A stretch of DNA of 64,000 nt, from the NCBI GenBank assembly GCA_965237955.1, contig OZ250169.1, positions 2,720,001 to 2,784,000 of the forward strand, in the 5' to 3' direction. Below are positions 1 to 10,587 of this stretch, piece after piece (positions within the stretch are counted from its first letter, which is position 1; each line of letters begins with the position of its first letter). Position numbers and translations under genes: made by a program. Source of the DNA: Candidatus Marinacidobacterales bacterium (GTDB lineage Bacteria > Acidobacteriota > Vicinamibacteria > Marinacidobacterales > SMYC01). The notes beneath the pieces were generated by a model. The model saw nothing but the letters and a program-made list of their open reading frames with translations, was not told where the DNA came from and did no database searches.

Positions 1-1077
1 CAGCGCGTCCCCGGCGTACTCGTAGGAGGAGATCCACTGACCGACATTGCCGTTCTCAAGCTCGAGCTCGGCGACGGGCAGGAGCTGCCGCGCCCGGTAG
101 CGCTCGGGGATTCGGACGCGCTGTCGGTTGGGGAGTACGTCATGGCACTCGGAAGCCCGCTGGCTCTGCAGCGCTCGCTCTCCTTCGGCGTCGTCAGCAG
201 CAAGGACCGCTACCTTTCGGACAATTTCAAGCTCCCTACCGGCGAGAAGACCGGCTCGTTCAACACGTGGATCCAGACGGACGCCGCCATCAATCCCGGA
301 AATAGCGGGGGGCCGCTGGTAAACCTCGAAGGCAAGGTCGTCGGTGTGAACTCGCGCGGCGCGTTCGGAGCTTCCAGCATCGGCTTCGCCATTCCGGTCA
401 ATATCGTAAAGGAAGTCGCGGCCGAGCTCATTCGAAATGGCCGCGTTTCCCGCAGCTGGCTGGGTCTGACGTTCCAGCCCCGCGAGGAGCTCGCGCAGTA
501 CTTCGAGTCCGAGTCCGTGCCCGGGGTCGTCATCCGAAGCGTCGAGCCCGATTCTCCCGCGGAGCGCGTCGGGATTCGAGCTGGCGACATGCTTCTTACC
601 TATCGAGGTGAGCGCACGTCCGCACAGTTCACGGAAGAGCTCCCGGGCATTTACAAGAGGATCGCCGATACGCCCATCGGGGAACAGGTCGATGTCGCGG
701 TTGCGCGTGGTGAAGACGTGCTCGAGTTCACGCTCACCACCGAAGAGCGCGGTCAATCGAGCTCGGACGAAATGGAATGCGAGAGCTGGGGTTTTACCGC
801 GCGCGATATCACCAGACAGCTCGCGCTCGAATTCAACTTACCCGACGCCAGCGGAGTCTTCGTCGCCGGCGTCAAACCGAATGGCGCGGGTTTCCGGGCG
901 CGACTGTTTCCCGGCGACCGCATCGTCGCGATTGAAGGTGAGGAGGTATCCGACCTGGACGCGTTGAGAGAAATGTATCGCCGGTCCGACGAAGCTGAGT
1001 TGGGTGCAGTGCTTCTCACGGTGATGCGACGCCATTCCCGCCGTTGGATCCTCATCGAGGCGAGCTATGAAAATTAG
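1..1077 (+). CDS. HtrA/DegP-family (S1C) serine protease with two PDZ domains, 5'-partial
   Basis: Frame is open from base 1 (DPLTDIAVLK). Catalytic Ser motif IQTDAAINPGNSGGPL is followed by two PDZ-like segments. Confidence 0.9.
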   Translation, partial: QRVPGVLVGGDPLTDIAVLKLELGDGQELPRPVALGDSDALSVGEYVMALGSPLALQRSLSFGVVSSKDRYLSDNFKLPTGEKTGSFNTWIQTDAAINPGNSGGPLVNLEGKVVGVNSRGAFGASSIGFAIPVNIVKEVAAELIRNGRVSRSWLGLTFQPREELAQYFESESVPGVVIRSVEPDSPAERVGIRAGDMLLTYRGERTSAQFTEELPGIYKRIADTPIGEQVDVAVARGEDVLEFTLTTEERGQSSSDEMECESWGFTARDITRQLALEFNLPDASGVFVAGVKPNGAGFRARLFPGDRIVAIEGEEVSDLDALREMYRRSDEAELGAVLLTVMRRHSRRWILIEASYEN

Positions 1078-2542
1078 ACTGATCGTGCCTGCGGCCTCCC
1101 TCGTGCTTGTCTTTGGCTTCCTTGTCTGGGGGTCTCCCGTCGGGGCCCCGCTAAACGAAGACGAGACGGCTCGCCAATTGAAGAGTCTCGAACAGCGCTT
1201 TAGCGAAAGCCTCGTGCAAGTGCGCTATCGCCAGCAAGTCTCCCGCTCGACCGCGGAGCCGCCGGCGGAAGCCGAGCTCACGACGACGGGCGTGATCGTT
1301 TCTCCTCAGGGTGTCGTCATGGTGAGCGCCATCGTCTACGAGCCGTTCAACGAGGTGCCGCACGGTGTGGGAATTCGCTTTCCCGCGTCTGTCAGCCGAG
1401 CGGAAGCCAAGATCGCGGAAGCGCGCATCCGGTTGATGGATGGGAGTGAGTACCGAGCGACGCATCTCGGCCGCGACGCCGACGCCGACGTCGCGTTCTT
1501 CCGTATCGAAGCGGAGGACCGAGAGTTTACTCCGGTGGTGTTCGCCGCGGACACGTCCGCCTCGGTGGGCGAAGAGGTCGTCGTCGTCAGTTTGCTGCCC
1601 GAGCCGCTCGGGCCGGCCGTCGCCGTGGAGCTCTCCCGCGTGCAAGCGCTCACGTCGCGGCCGCAAGTAGGCTACATGGTGGCAACGGGTGCAGCCGACC
1701 CGGTCGGTTCTCTGGTGGTGTCGCTCGACGGCGACGTCATCGGCTACGTCGACGCGCTGACGGTTCCGGTACCCGATACCCGATCGAGGAACCCGCTCGC
1801 GTTTCTCTCGGTGATGCGCAACCTCCCGAAAGGTATCGGACGCGGGTTTGCGAGGCCGGCGCATGAGTTCGTCGATGCGAGCGTGGACGTATCCGAGGCT
1901 TCGCCCGCTCGACGGAGCTGGCTCGGCGTGGAGATGCAGGCGCTGTCCAACGAGCTCGCGACCCACATGGAGCTTCCCGTGAAGGAAGGTATTCTTCTCG
2001 GCTACGTGTACCGCAACTCGCCGGCACAAGCCGCTGGTCTCCAAGTGGGCGACGTTCTCGTAGAGCTCGACGGCGAGCCGATTGAGGTGAGCCGTGAGGA
2101 AGACATCGGCGCGTTCGCTGAGAACGTGCTTCGCGCAGGCGTCGGCGCCGACCTCGAGCTCGGCTACATCCGGGATGGCGCCAACTCGAAAACCACCGCG
2201 CATTTGGAGCCCGCCCCGCGCTCCGCTCGGGAAGCCGAGACGGTCGAAGTCGACGAGCTCGACCTCGCCGTGCGCGAGCTCACCTACGATTACCTCGCCA
2301 CCCGATTTCTGGAGCCTGAGCAAAAGGGCGTCGTGGTCGTGAAACCTCCGGTCGCGGTCGGCAGGAATCGTGTGGCGCCCGGCGATCTTCTCGTCCGCCT
2401 CGATGATCAACTCGTGGACGATCTCGATTCGTTCCGCGAGGTGATGGAATCGATCCGGCAACGCCAGCCCGACAAAGTGGTGCTCTTCGTCGAACGAGGG
2501 ATCGAGAGCTTCTTCTTCGCGGTAAAACCCGATTGGAACTGA
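1067..2542 (+). CDS. Exported trypsin-like/PDZ protein lacking catalytic His and Ser (HtrA-like pseudo-protease)
   Basis: Signal peptide; HtrA-like TTTGVIVSPQG and GRDADADVAFF motifs; SWLGVEMQ PDZ start; no GNSGG motif. Confidence 0.75.
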   Translation: MKIRLIVPAASLVLVFGFLVWGSPVGAPLNEDETARQLKSLEQRFSESLVQVRYRQQVSRSTAEPPAEAELTTTGVIVSPQGVVMVSAIVYEPFNEVPHGVGIRFPASVSRAEAKIAEARIRLMDGSEYRATHLGRDADADVAFFRIEAEDREFTPVVFAADTSASVGEEVVVVSLLPEPLGPAVAVELSRVQALTSRPQVGYMVATGAADPVGSLVVSLDGDVIGYVDALTVPVPDTRSRNPLAFLSVMRNLPKGIGRGFARPAHEFVDASVDVSEASPARRSWLGVEMQALSNELATHMELPVKEGILLGYVYRNSPAQAAGLQVGDVLVELDGEPIEVSREEDIGAFAENVLRAGVGADLELGYIRDGANSKTTAHLEPAPRSAREAETVEVDELDLAVRELTYDYLATRFLEPEQKGVVVVKPPVAVGRNRVAPGDLLVRLDDQLVDDLDSFREVMESIRQRQPDKVVLFVERGIESFFFAVKPDWN

Positions 2543-2592
2543 CGAAGCGCGGCTTTGACGGCCGATGCCGTTCGGGCTAGATTTTCATCATC

Positions 2593-5445
2593 GTGGAGCC
2601 GGATCGCATCATCGTTCGGGGTGCTCGCCAGCACAATCTCAAGAACATCACCGTCGAGATCCCGAAGAAGAAACTCGTTGTCTTCAGTGGCGTTTCCGGC
2701 TCGGGGAAATCCTCGCTCGCCTTCGACACGCTGTACGCGGAAGGACAACGCCGCTACGTGGAGTCGCTTTCGAGCTACGCGAGGCAGTTCCTCGGCCAGA
2801 TGGACAAACCGCTCTACGACACCATCCGCGGATTGTCGCCCACGATTTCCGTCGATCAAAAATCTTCGAGCCACAACCCGCGCTCGACCGTCGGCACCAT
2901 CACCGAGATCTACGACTACCTTCGTGTGCTCTTTGCCCGGATCGGGACGCTCGCGTGCTACCGCTGCGGACGCGCGGTGGCGAAGCAAACGTCCCAACAA
3001 ATCGTCGAAGAGATCGGTCGTCTTCCGGACAAGACGAAGTTCCAAATTCTCGCTCCGCTGATAGCCGCCCGCAAGGGCGAGCACAAGTCCGTCTTCGAGA
3101 AGGCGCGGAGGAGCGGGTTCCCTCGGGTCCGCGTGGACGGGGACGTCGTCTCGCTCGAAGACGACATCAACCTCGACAAGAACAAGAAGCACAACATCGA
3201 GCTCGTCGTCGATCGCCTCGTCGCGAAACCGGATCTTTTGGAAAAGTCCCGTCCACGGTTGACGGACTCGGTGGAGACGGCGCTCAGATTCGGAAGCGGC
3301 GTTCTCATCGTGCACCGGGACGGCGAAGACGATCTTTTGTTCTCGGAGCACCAGGCGTGCCATCACTGCGGAATCTCGTTCCCCGAGCTGTCGCCGCAGC
3401 TTTTCTCGTTCAACTCGCCGCAAGGAATGTGTCCAGCATGCAACGGTCTTGGCACCAAAGCGGAGATGGACGAAGAGCTCATGGTCCCCGACGCCTCGCT
3501 CAGCATCAACCAAGGTGCCGTCAAACCTTGGGGCGTGGTCGAGGACAAAGGCGGCTGGCGCGCCGCGGTGATTCGATCGTTGGCGCGACACTACAAGCTC
3601 GATCTCGCCACGCCGTGGCGCGGTCTCTCAGAAGCTCAACGTCACGTGATCCTGCACGGCAACGAGAACGAGAAGATCACGGTGCGCAGGGGCCGCCGTT
3701 CGTTCAAAACGAAATTCGAAGGGCTCGTCCCGATCCTCATGCGCCGGATGAAAGAAACCCAGTCGGAGTCGGTGCGCAAGCACTACGCCCAATTCATGTC
3801 GTCCAAGCCGTGCTCGACTTGCCAGGGAGCGCGGCTCCGGCCCGAGGCGCTTTCGGTGCGTGTCGGGGGCCAATCGATCGCCGAGCTCGCGGCGAGCGCG
3901 ATCGATGACGCGTTCTTGTTCGCGACCACCGTCGATCTTCAAGGAACCGACGCGCTCATCGGCTCCGAGCTCTTGAAGGAGATCGTGAACCGGCTCCGGT
4001 TTTTGCGCGACGTCGGGCTCGGATACTTGACGCTCGACCGGCTCGCGCCGACGTTGTCGGGGGGTGAATCCCAGCGTATCCGCCTCGCGAGCCAGATCGG
4101 CTCCGAGCTCACTGGCGTCGTGTACATCCTCGATGAGCCGTCGATTGGTCTCCACCAGCGCGACAACGCGCGCCTTCTCGGCGCGTTGCGGCATCTGCGG
4201 GACATGGGGAATACCGTCGTCGTGGTGGAGCACGACCGCGAGACCATCGAAGCAGCCGATCACATCGTCGACTTCGGGCCGGGGGCGGGTGTCAAAGGCG
4301 GTGAAATCGTGGCGACGGGGACGGCGAGCGAGCTCGAGACGCAACCGGGCTCGGTGACGGGGCAGTACTTGTCGGGCGAGCTCGAGATCGCGATCCCGGA
4401 AAAACGGCGGAAGCTCTCGCGCCGCTTCGTCGAGATACGGGGCGCGAGCGAGAACAATTTGCACAACCTCGACGTGAAGATCCCGCTCGGGGTGTTCGTC
4501 GGTGTCACCGGCGTTTCCGGCGCCGGCAAGAGCACGCTCATCAACGGGATTCTCTATCCCGCGCTAGCACGCGCGCTCAACCGTGCCGATGCGCATCCCG
4601 GGGCACACCGATTGTTGCGAGGAGTCGATCACCTCGACAAAGTGATTGACATCGATCAATCGCCGATCGGGAGAACACCGCGCTCGAACCCCGCGACGTA
4701 CACGAAAGTGTTCGACGAGATCCGTGGTTTTTTTTCCAACTTGCCGGAAGCGCGCGCGCGTGGTTACAAACCTGGCCGGTTCTCGTTCAACGTGAAGGGT
4801 GGCCGTTGTGAGCACTGCTCCGGCGACGGCGTCATTCAAGTCGAGATGCACTTTCTCGCCGACGTGTACGTTCCCTGCCAGCAGTGCCATAGCCGTCGCT
4901 TCAACGACGCGACCCTCGAAGTGAAATACAAAGGTCTTTCTGTCGCCGATGTACTCGACCGCACCGTGGCGGAAGCTTGTGAGCTGTTCGAGAATCACCC
5001 GACGATCCGGCGCATCCTCGAGACGTTGATGGCAGTCGGGCTCGGTTACATACGCTTGGGCCAGAGCTCGCCCACGCTTTCCGGAGGCGAAGCGCAGCGG
5101 GTGAAGCTGTCGCGCGAGCTCGCGAAGCGAGCGACGGGGCGGACGTTCTACATTCTCGATGAGCCGACCACCGGCCTTCACTTCCACGACATCGCGCGCT
5201 TGTTGAACGTATTGCAAACACTCGTCGATGGCGGCAACACCGTGCTCGTCATCGAGCACAACCTCGACGTTCTCAAGACGGCGGACTACCTCATTGATTT
5301 GGGACCCGAAGGCGGCGACCAGGGTGGTCGCGTGGTGGCGACGGGAGCTCCGGAAGCAGTCGCCGCTAATGCGAGCTCTTACACCGGGGTAGCACTTCGA
5401 AGCGTCCTCGAATCCGCGCCGCTCGGGGTCGCCAAGACCAGCTGA
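2593..5445 (+). CDS. uvrA: Excinuclease ABC subunit A
   Basis: [10 protein letters not shown], two Walker A motifs, LSGGE signatures and Zn fingers; 950 aa. Confidence 0.98.
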   Translation: MEPDRIIVRGARQHNLKNITVEIPKKKLVVFSGVSGSGKSSLAFDTLYAEGQRRYVESLSSYARQFLGQMDKPLYDTIRGLSPTISVDQKSSSHNPRSTVGTITEIYDYLRVLFARIGTLACYRCGRAVAKQTSQQIVEEIGRLPDKTKFQILAPLIAARKGEHKSVFEKARRSGFPRVRVDGDVVSLEDDINLDKNKKHNIELVVDRLVAKPDLLEKSRPRLTDSVETALRFGSGVLIVHRDGEDDLLFSEHQACHHCGISFPELSPQLFSFNSPQGMCPACNGLGTKAEMDEELMVPDASLSINQGAVKPWGVVEDKGGWRAAVIRSLARHYKLDLATPWRGLSEAQRHVILHGNENEKITVRRGRRSFKTKFEGLVPILMRRMKETQSESVRKHYAQFMSSKPCSTCQGARLRPEALSVRVGGQSIAELAASAIDDAFLFATTVDLQGTDALIGSELLKEIVNRLRFLRDVGLGYLTLDRLAPTLSGGESQRIRLASQIGSELTGVVYILDEPSIGLHQRDNARLLGALRHLRDMGNTVVVVEHDRETIEAADHIVDFGPGAGVKGGEIVATGTASELETQPGSVTGQYLSGELEIAIPEKRRKLSRRFVEIRGASENNLHNLDVKIPLGVFVGVTGVSGAGKSTLINGILYPALARALNRADAHPGAHRLLRGVDHLDKVIDIDQSPIGRTPRSNPATYTKVFDEIRGFFSNLPEARARGYKPGRFSFNVKGGRCEHCSGDGVIQVEMHFLADVYVPCQQCHSRRFNDATLEVKYKGLSVADVLDRTVAEACELFENHPTIRRILETLMAVGLGYIRLGQSSPTLSGGEAQRVKLSRELAKRATGRTFYILDEPTTGLHFHDIARLLNVLQTLVDGGNTVLVIEHNLDVLKTADYLIDLGPEGGDQGGRVVATGAPEAVAANASSYTGVALRSVLESAPLGVAKTS

Positions 5446-5551
5446 CGTGTTTTTGACCGCAGGCCTGTTTCTCTTGGCCAGGCATTGGGGCGGGGGCGGC
5501 CGTCGTCCGCTATCTCGAGCGCTGATAACGCTGTGCTAAGCTCTTGGTCGA

Positions 5552-6304
5552 GTGTCTTACTATCGACGTGAGATCCGGTTCGGCTTCGGTGACCGACTCA
5601 CACCCGCCATCAGGAACCTGCTCATTGCGAACGGCGTCATCTTCGTTCTTCAACAGCTGTTCGATCCCTACGTCACCCGAGTGTTCGCCCTATCGGCACC
5701 GCTCGTGCTGCCGTGGAATTTTCAGGTGTGGCGGCTCTTCACCTACATGTTCTTGCACGCGGATTTTTGGCATCTGTTCTGGAACATGTTTATGCTGTTC
5801 ATGTTCGGTTGCTCCATCGAGCAGGAGTGGGGGAGTCGTTCCTTCTACCGGTACTACTTCTTGTGCGGGTTGGGAAGCGCGCTCTTCGCTCTGTTGCCGA
5901 TCGACCCCTTCTGGCGAGTGCCCATCATCGGCGCATCGGGAGCCATTTACGGCATCCTGATCGCGTTCGCGGTGTTGTTTCCCTATCGGCAGATTCTCGT
6001 GTTCTTCGTGTTCCCGCTTCAGGCGCGCTATCTGGTCCTGATCTTCGGGCTGATGTCGTTCGCGAGCGACTTTTGGGGAGCTCAGGGGATCGCGCACGTC
6101 GTCCACTTGGGTGGTGTGGCGACGGGCTTCGTGCTGTTACGTTGGGTCGGGCTTGCGCGTCCGCAACGGGCGGTCGGGCAACGCGAGTTCATGGGCTCGA
6201 TGCGCGACGCCTACCGACGGTGGCGCTTGAAACGACTCCGCAAAAAATTCGAGGACTACTACGAGAAACGCTCGGGCGGCAACGGCCCGGACGTGCTCCA
6301 CTAG
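5552..6304 (+). CDS. Rhomboid-family intramembrane serine protease
   Basis: WRLFTYMFLH, HLFWNM, GASG catalytic Ser and HLGG catalytic His. Confidence 0.93.
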   Translation: MSYYRREIRFGFGDRLTPAIRNLLIANGVIFVLQQLFDPYVTRVFALSAPLVLPWNFQVWRLFTYMFLHADFWHLFWNMFMLFMFGCSIEQEWGSRSFYRYYFLCGLGSALFALLPIDPFWRVPIIGASGAIYGILIAFAVLFPYRQILVFFVFPLQARYLVLIFGLMSFASDFWGAQGIAHVVHLGGVATGFVLLRWVGLARPQRAVGQREFMGSMRDAYRRWRLKRLRKKFEDYYEKRSGGNGPDVLH

Positions 6305-6343
6305 TTCTTTGTCACGTCCGCACCCAAACGAAGCTCTATCGGA

Positions 6344-7351
6344 TTACAGACGCTCCCTGATCTCTGCCATCGCTTGGAGCGAAGCGAGGTCTTGGACCAT
6401 GCACAAGAGCGTGGTCACCTCGGCGTCTTTCCACTCTTGCAGTTTGTCGGCAATACGATCGCGGCTTCCGCACAGCGCCACGTCGTCTATTAGCGCGTCG
6501 GGAACGGAGGCAATCGCTTCTTTTTTGCGTCCTTCGAGGTAGAGCCCCTGGATGGCAGCGGCCTCGGCTTCGTAGCCGTAGCGACAGGCGAGATCGTTGT
6601 AGAAGTTTTTCCCTTTCGCGCCCATGCCACCCAGGTAGAGAGCGAGGGTGGGCTTCACCGCGTTGCGACAGCGATCCAGATCGTCGCCCACCGCGATTTG
6701 AACGCTCGGAGCAATATCGAATTCCTTGTTGGCTGCTCCCGCGAGTGCGTCTTGGAACACGTCGCGATGGCGCGGTGAGTAGAAAATCGGAAGCCACCCG
6801 TCCGCGATTTCCGCCGCGAGCGCGACGTTTTTAGGACCGATCGCGGCGAGATAGATGGGCACCTCCGTCCGCTTCGGCGCCATCATGAGCTTCAGCGGTT
6901 TTCCGAGACCGGTTCCGCCTTCGAACGGCACTTGGTACGCTTTCCCGCTGTGGGTCAAAGGCGCCTCTCGCTTCAGCGCTTGGCGCACGATCGCGACGGC
7001 CTCTCGCGTTCGAGCCAAAGGCTTTCCGTAGGCAACGCCGTGCCAGCCCTCGACGACCTGCGGACCGGAGACGCCGAGCCCGAGAAGAAGTCTCCCGCCG
7101 CTCAGAAGATCGAGTGTGGCTGCGGTCATCGCTATCAATGCGGGCAAGCGCGATGGGATTTGCGAGATCGCCGTGCCTAGGCCGATGCGCTCGGTCTTGG
7201 CGCCGATCCAGGCGAGGAGGCTGACGGCGTCCGAGCCCCAGGCCTCGGCGGTCCACACCGAGTCATACCCGAGCCGTTCCGCTTCGACGGCCATGGGCAC
7301 GGGGTCGGGACTGGCCGACGTGAGAAAACCGACGTTGAGGGCGAGCTTCAT
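6344..7351 (-). CDS. LLM-class (luciferase-like) oxidoreductase, probably F420-dependent
   Basis: [35 protein letters not shown] and LAAIGPKNV motifs. Confidence 0.85.
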   Translation of the reverse strand: MKLALNVGFLTSASPDPVPMAVEAERLGYDSVWTAEAWGSDAVSLLAWIGAKTERIGLGTAISQIPSRLPALIAMTAATLDLLSGGRLLLGLGVSGPQVVEGWHGVAYGKPLARTREAVAIVRQALKREAPLTHSGKAYQVPFEGGTGLGKPLKLMMAPKRTEVPIYLAAIGPKNVALAAEIADGWLPIFYSPRHRDVFQDALAGAANKEFDIAPSVQIAVGDDLDRCRNAVKPTLALYLGGMGAKGKNFYNDLACRYGYEAEAAAIQGLYLEGRKKEAIASVPDALIDDVALCGSRDRIADKLQEWKDAEVTTLLCMVQDLASLQAMAEIRERL

Positions 7352-8097
7352 TTCGCTTTCGTTTTCTTCTTGTTGCTGGCGGCGATCCGCTCGGACAGAG
7401 GCTCACCTGTTTTGAATTTCGTGCTCTTTTTGGGCTTGGCGTCGACACCGATTTTCGGACAATACGACTCGACGACGCAATCTTCGCATCGCGGCGTACG
7501 AGCCGCGCATACCGCGCGGCCGTGGTGGATGAGGATGTGCCCGAAATCGATCCAGTCTTTTTCGGGGATGAGATCCATGAGCTGCTTTTCGACCTCGACG
7601 GGGGTTTTCGCTTTCGCTAGACCCATCCGGTGCGAGAGCCGGAACACATGAGTGTCGACGACGAATCCGGATGCGATCCCGAACGCGGTGCCGAGCACGA
7701 CGTTTCCTGTTTTCCTCGCGACCCCTGGAAGCGTCAGAATCTTCTCCATCGTGTGCGGCACTTCGCCCCCGAACTCGGAAGTGATCTTCGACGTAGCGCC
7801 ATGGATCGATTTGGCTTTGTTGCGGTAGAACCCCGTCGTTCTCACCAACTCCTCGAGCTCGGCGCGATCGGATGCGGCGAAGTCCGCCGCCTTTGGGTAG
7901 CGCGCGAAAAGCGCCGGCGTGACTTTGTTCACACGCGCGTCTGTGCACTGAGCCGAGAGGATGGTGGCGACGAGAAGCTGAAGTGGGTTCTCGTGGGTCA
8001 GCGCGCACGTCGCGCCGGGGTACGCCTTGCGCAGACGCTCAACGAGAATCCGGCTCCGCGTCGAGAGCTCGGCTGGCGTTTCCGGTTTCGGGGGCAG
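7348..8097 (-). CDS. nth: Endonuclease III; probable CTG start at 8097
   Basis: The frame continues upstream of the ORF-track start through [17 protein letters not shown]. HhH motif [17 protein letters not shown], and 4Fe-4S motif C-x6-C-x2-C-x5-C. Confidence 0.93.
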   Translation of the reverse strand: MPPKPETPAELSTRSRILVERLRKAYPGATCALTHENPLQLLVATILSAQCTDARVNKVTPALFARYPKAADFAASDRAELEELVRTTGFYRNKAKSIHGATSKITSEFGGEVPHTMEKILTLPGVARKTGNVVLGTAFGIASGFVVDTHVFRLSHRMGLAKAKTPVEVEKQLMDLIPEKDWIDFGHILIHHGRAVCAARTPRCEDCVVESYCPKIGVDAKPKKSTKFKTGEPLSERIAASNKKKTKAK

Positions 8098-8100
8098 GGT

Positions 8101-8406
8101 TCAGACCTCGACGAAAATGTCGTCCCCGTCCACGTGAACGGGGTAACGGTCGATCTTCACTCCGGGCTCGAAGACGGCCTCACCGGTCGCAACATCGAAC
8201 TGCCACGCATGCCACGGGCAAGTCACCACGCTGGCCTCGAACAACCCATCCCCAAGCGGCCCCCCCTGATGAGCACAAGTATTGGTCGTCGCATAGAACC
8301 TTCCGTCGACGTTGTAGAGAACGATTGTTGTATCACCTATCTGGAACGTCTTGCACGATCCGGGAGGCACGTCGTCGACGGTGGCGATTTTGGCTTTTTG
8401 CGACAT
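8101..8406 (-). CDS. Rieske [2Fe-2S] ferredoxin
   Basis: CAH...CPWH ligand motifs; 101 aa from ATG at 8406. Confidence 0.9.
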   Translation of the reverse strand: MSQKAKIATVDDVPPGSCKTFQIGDTTIVLYNVDGRFYATTNTCAHQGGPLGDGLFEASVVTCPWHAWQFDVATGEAVFEPGVKIDRYPVHVDGDDIFVEV

Positions 8407-8423
8407 CGAGAGAATTCTACAGC

Positions 8424-8621
8424 GATCCGCCATCGGCCATCCGCCATCCGCCATCAGCGGAATCGCGTCGCGCGCGCCTCGGTCAGAACACCTCGTCGAT
8501 CGAACTCCGCCGCCCGGCGCCAAGGTGAAGGCAACTCTGGCCAGCTGATGGCCGATGGCCGATGGCTGATGGCGGATCCATAACAGGATCATGGCCGACG
8601 GCCGATAGCTGACGGCAGATC
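8424..8621. repeat. Heptamer-armed palindromic element A1
   Basis: 35-bp inverted arms of GCCATCN units (8424-8458 and 8544-8578, 3 mismatches) around an 85-bp spacer, plus an extra arm at 8591-8621. Confidence 0.9.
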
Positions 8622-8624
8622 GAT

Positions 8625-9938
8625 CTACTTCGTCCCAATGACCGCATAGTCCTGATCCCCGAACAACAGAGCGTTCAGCTTCTCGAAGTTCTGATTCAAC
8701 GTGTCGCTCCCATCGGTCACGCTCAGCAGTCGTGCTCGCTCGCTGACCGGGCTCGAGTAGCGGATCGTCACCTCGCGAAAACCGACGGCGCGGAGCATGA
8801 ACTCGAGGGTCTCCGGGTGTAACGGTTTCTGATGCGTGAGGTCGCGATAGAACGCGACGAACGCGACGACGCTTTCGGGGTTGACCGTCTCCAAAACCAC
8901 GCGCCCGTCTCGACGGAGCACGCGGTAACAATCGCCGAGGAACTTGCGAATCACCGTCGGCGGTAGATGCTCGATGACTTGTGCCGCGAAGATGCCAGAA
9001 GCCTCGCCGGAGCGAGCGTCAGCAACGGTCGCGACGATGTCGCCCACTTCGGCGTCGAGTCCCTTGTCGCGGCATGCGTGGATCATTTCGCGGTTGCCGT
9101 CGATGCCTTTGGCCTCGACGCCTGCTTCTTTCAAAAGCTCCAGGAACTCGCCGCGTCCGCAACCGAGGTCGAGGACGGGCCCCTGCCCTTCGAAGTAGGG
9201 AACGTAGTCGAGCAACCGGCCCCGTAGCTCGTCGGAGCTTCCGCGAAAACGCTCTTCGAAGGCAAGGTAGTGCTCGGGCTCGAAGCTCGTCGACTGCGAG
9301 CGAGTTTCCGGCGTTTCGCTCTTACCGGCAATCCGTCCATCGAGTCCGCGGAGCTCCGCGCGCGCCACCGTCAAAGACGTGTCCATGCCATCGACACGAT
9401 GCTGCATTTTCCGAAGGCCGAGCCGCACCGTCTCTAGACGCTTGTCCATCGCTTCGAGAAGCAAGTCACAACGGGTGTTTCCGAGCGATGCGTACAGTCG
9501 ATCTTTGGAATCGGCGAGGCGGTCGATGCGTTGGGCGAACCCGATGAGCGTCGACGTGAACTCGGCGTGCGCGGCCTCGGTGCGGTTGACGGTCTCGGCG
9601 AATCGGTTCAGAAATTGCACGAGGTTCGAATTGAACGCGCGCTGCGCGTCGAGAGCATTGGTCAGCGCGGCGAGCTCGGGCTCCACGAAACGCCGGACGA
9701 ATCGGCGTGTCATCTCTTTCAGGCCTTTCAGCCCGGCCTGCCCCGGCGATGGTGTCTCGGGTTGTGTGAGCGCGTCGGATTGATTGAGGTCTTCGAGAAG
9801 GGGCGCGAGCGTCTCGTCCTCGTCGTAAGGGGCGCGGATTCTGGCGAGCGAGTCCAGCTTCGAGAGGAGATCCGCATAGAGCTCCTGTTCTTCGGCTAGT
9901 TTTGTTTTGAGCTCGGAGAGAGTCGGCTGAAAAGACAA
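8625..9938 (-). CDS. Class I SAM-dependent methyltransferase with N-terminal coiled coil (glycan-modifying type)
   Basis: FEERFRGS, VLDLGCGRGEF and QVIEHL motifs; helical N-terminal half. Confidence 0.85.
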   Translation of the reverse strand: MSFQPTLSELKTKLAEEQELYADLLSKLDSLARIRAPYDEDETLAPLLEDLNQSDALTQPETPSPGQAGLKGLKEMTRRFVRRFVEPELAALTNALDAQRAFNSNLVQFLNRFAETVNRTEAAHAEFTSTLIGFAQRIDRLADSKDRLYASLGNTRCDLLLEAMDKRLETVRLGLRKMQHRVDGMDTSLTVARAELRGLDGRIAGKSETPETRSQSTSFEPEHYLAFEERFRGSSDELRGRLLDYVPYFEGQGPVLDLGCGRGEFLELLKEAGVEAKGIDGNREMIHACRDKGLDAEVGDIVATVADARSGEASGIFAAQVIEHLPPTVIRKFLGDCYRVLRRDGRVVLETVNPESVVAFVAFYRDLTHQKPLHPETLEFMLRAVGFREVTIRYSSPVSERARLLSVTDGSDTLNQNFEKLNALLFGDQDYAVIGTK

Positions 9939-9944
9939 GGTGCG

Positions 9945-10031
9945 TCAGGTCCCGACGACGCCTTCGGCACCGAGATCCATCGCAATCGCCGTGTCGGAAG
10001 CCGTGCTCATAGCGGCGTCGACGATCATGGG
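9945..10031 (-). pseudogene. thiG: Thiazole synthase (ThiG) internal fragment
   Basis: Translates to PMIVDAAMSTASDTAIAMDLGAEGV, resembling the conserved ThiG segment [25 protein letters not shown]. Confidence 0.7.
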
Positions 10032-10034
10032 GCG

Positions 10035-10390
10035 CTACTTCTTCTCGCCCTTCTTGTTCGCTGCGAGGTAGTTGAGGATGACCTGGTCGAGGCTTTGATC
10101 GCCGACGTCGGTGTCGTCTCCGAGGAGTCCGCCGCCTGATTTGTCGAACGCACCGCGTTTGATCTCTTCGATGATGCGGCGGTGCTGGTCTTCCATGAAC
10201 TTGAAGACCGTTTTCTCGTCGTAGCCGTTGTGAAGGAACTTGGAATAGGCGGTGCGGCGCGCGCCGAGAATCTCGCCGCCCTTGTAGATCAGCGATTCGA
10301 CCATCGGATTGTCTTTTTACCCTTGTCCTCGGTCTGCACGTGGTAGACCTCGCCCTTGTAGGGAACGTCTGTGTTGAAGCCTGTGATCAT
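10035..10390 (-). CDS. Conserved hypothetical protein, frameshifted at an A5 run (10314-10318)
   Basis: N-part MITGFNTDVPYKGEVYHVQTEDKG continues in another frame as DNPMVESLIYKGGEIL. Confidence 0.7.
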
Positions 10391-10491
10391 GGAACCACGC
10401 TATTTACCAAGAATCGTATGCCCGCTCTTTTCGACCGTCGGAGGCCGGTTTCTCGAGAGGCGGGCGCATGGGTCGGTCGGCATTGGACTTA

Positions 10492-10520
10492 AGCGCCCAA
10501 AACTATTCTCCCTCCGCGAC
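10492..10520 (+). repeat. 29-bp direct repeat, copy 1
   Basis: AGCGCCCAAAACTATTCTCCCTCCGCGAC; 27/29 identical to 12783-12811. Confidence 0.85.
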
Positions 10521-10528
10521 AACCACGA

Positions 10529-10573
10529 TGTCAAGTCGTTGACTTGACACACTTTCGGAGACGTTCATATAGT
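10529..10573 (+). promoter_or_regulatory. Sigma70-like promoter overlapped by a perfect palindrome
   Basis: TGTCAAGTC-gtt-GACTTGACA palindrome; TTGACA-N18-TATAGT upstream of ATG 10588. Confidence 0.6.
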
Positions 10574-10587
10574 CCCCCGGACCCTTC

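Noticed and set aside
8095-8103. Selenocysteine or readthrough fusion of Rieske and Nth at the in-frame TGA (selA is nearby)
   Set aside because: The TGA falls at the natural Rieske C-terminus, not at a Cys-equivalent position. No convincing SECIS was seen, and an SD plus CTG explains nth.
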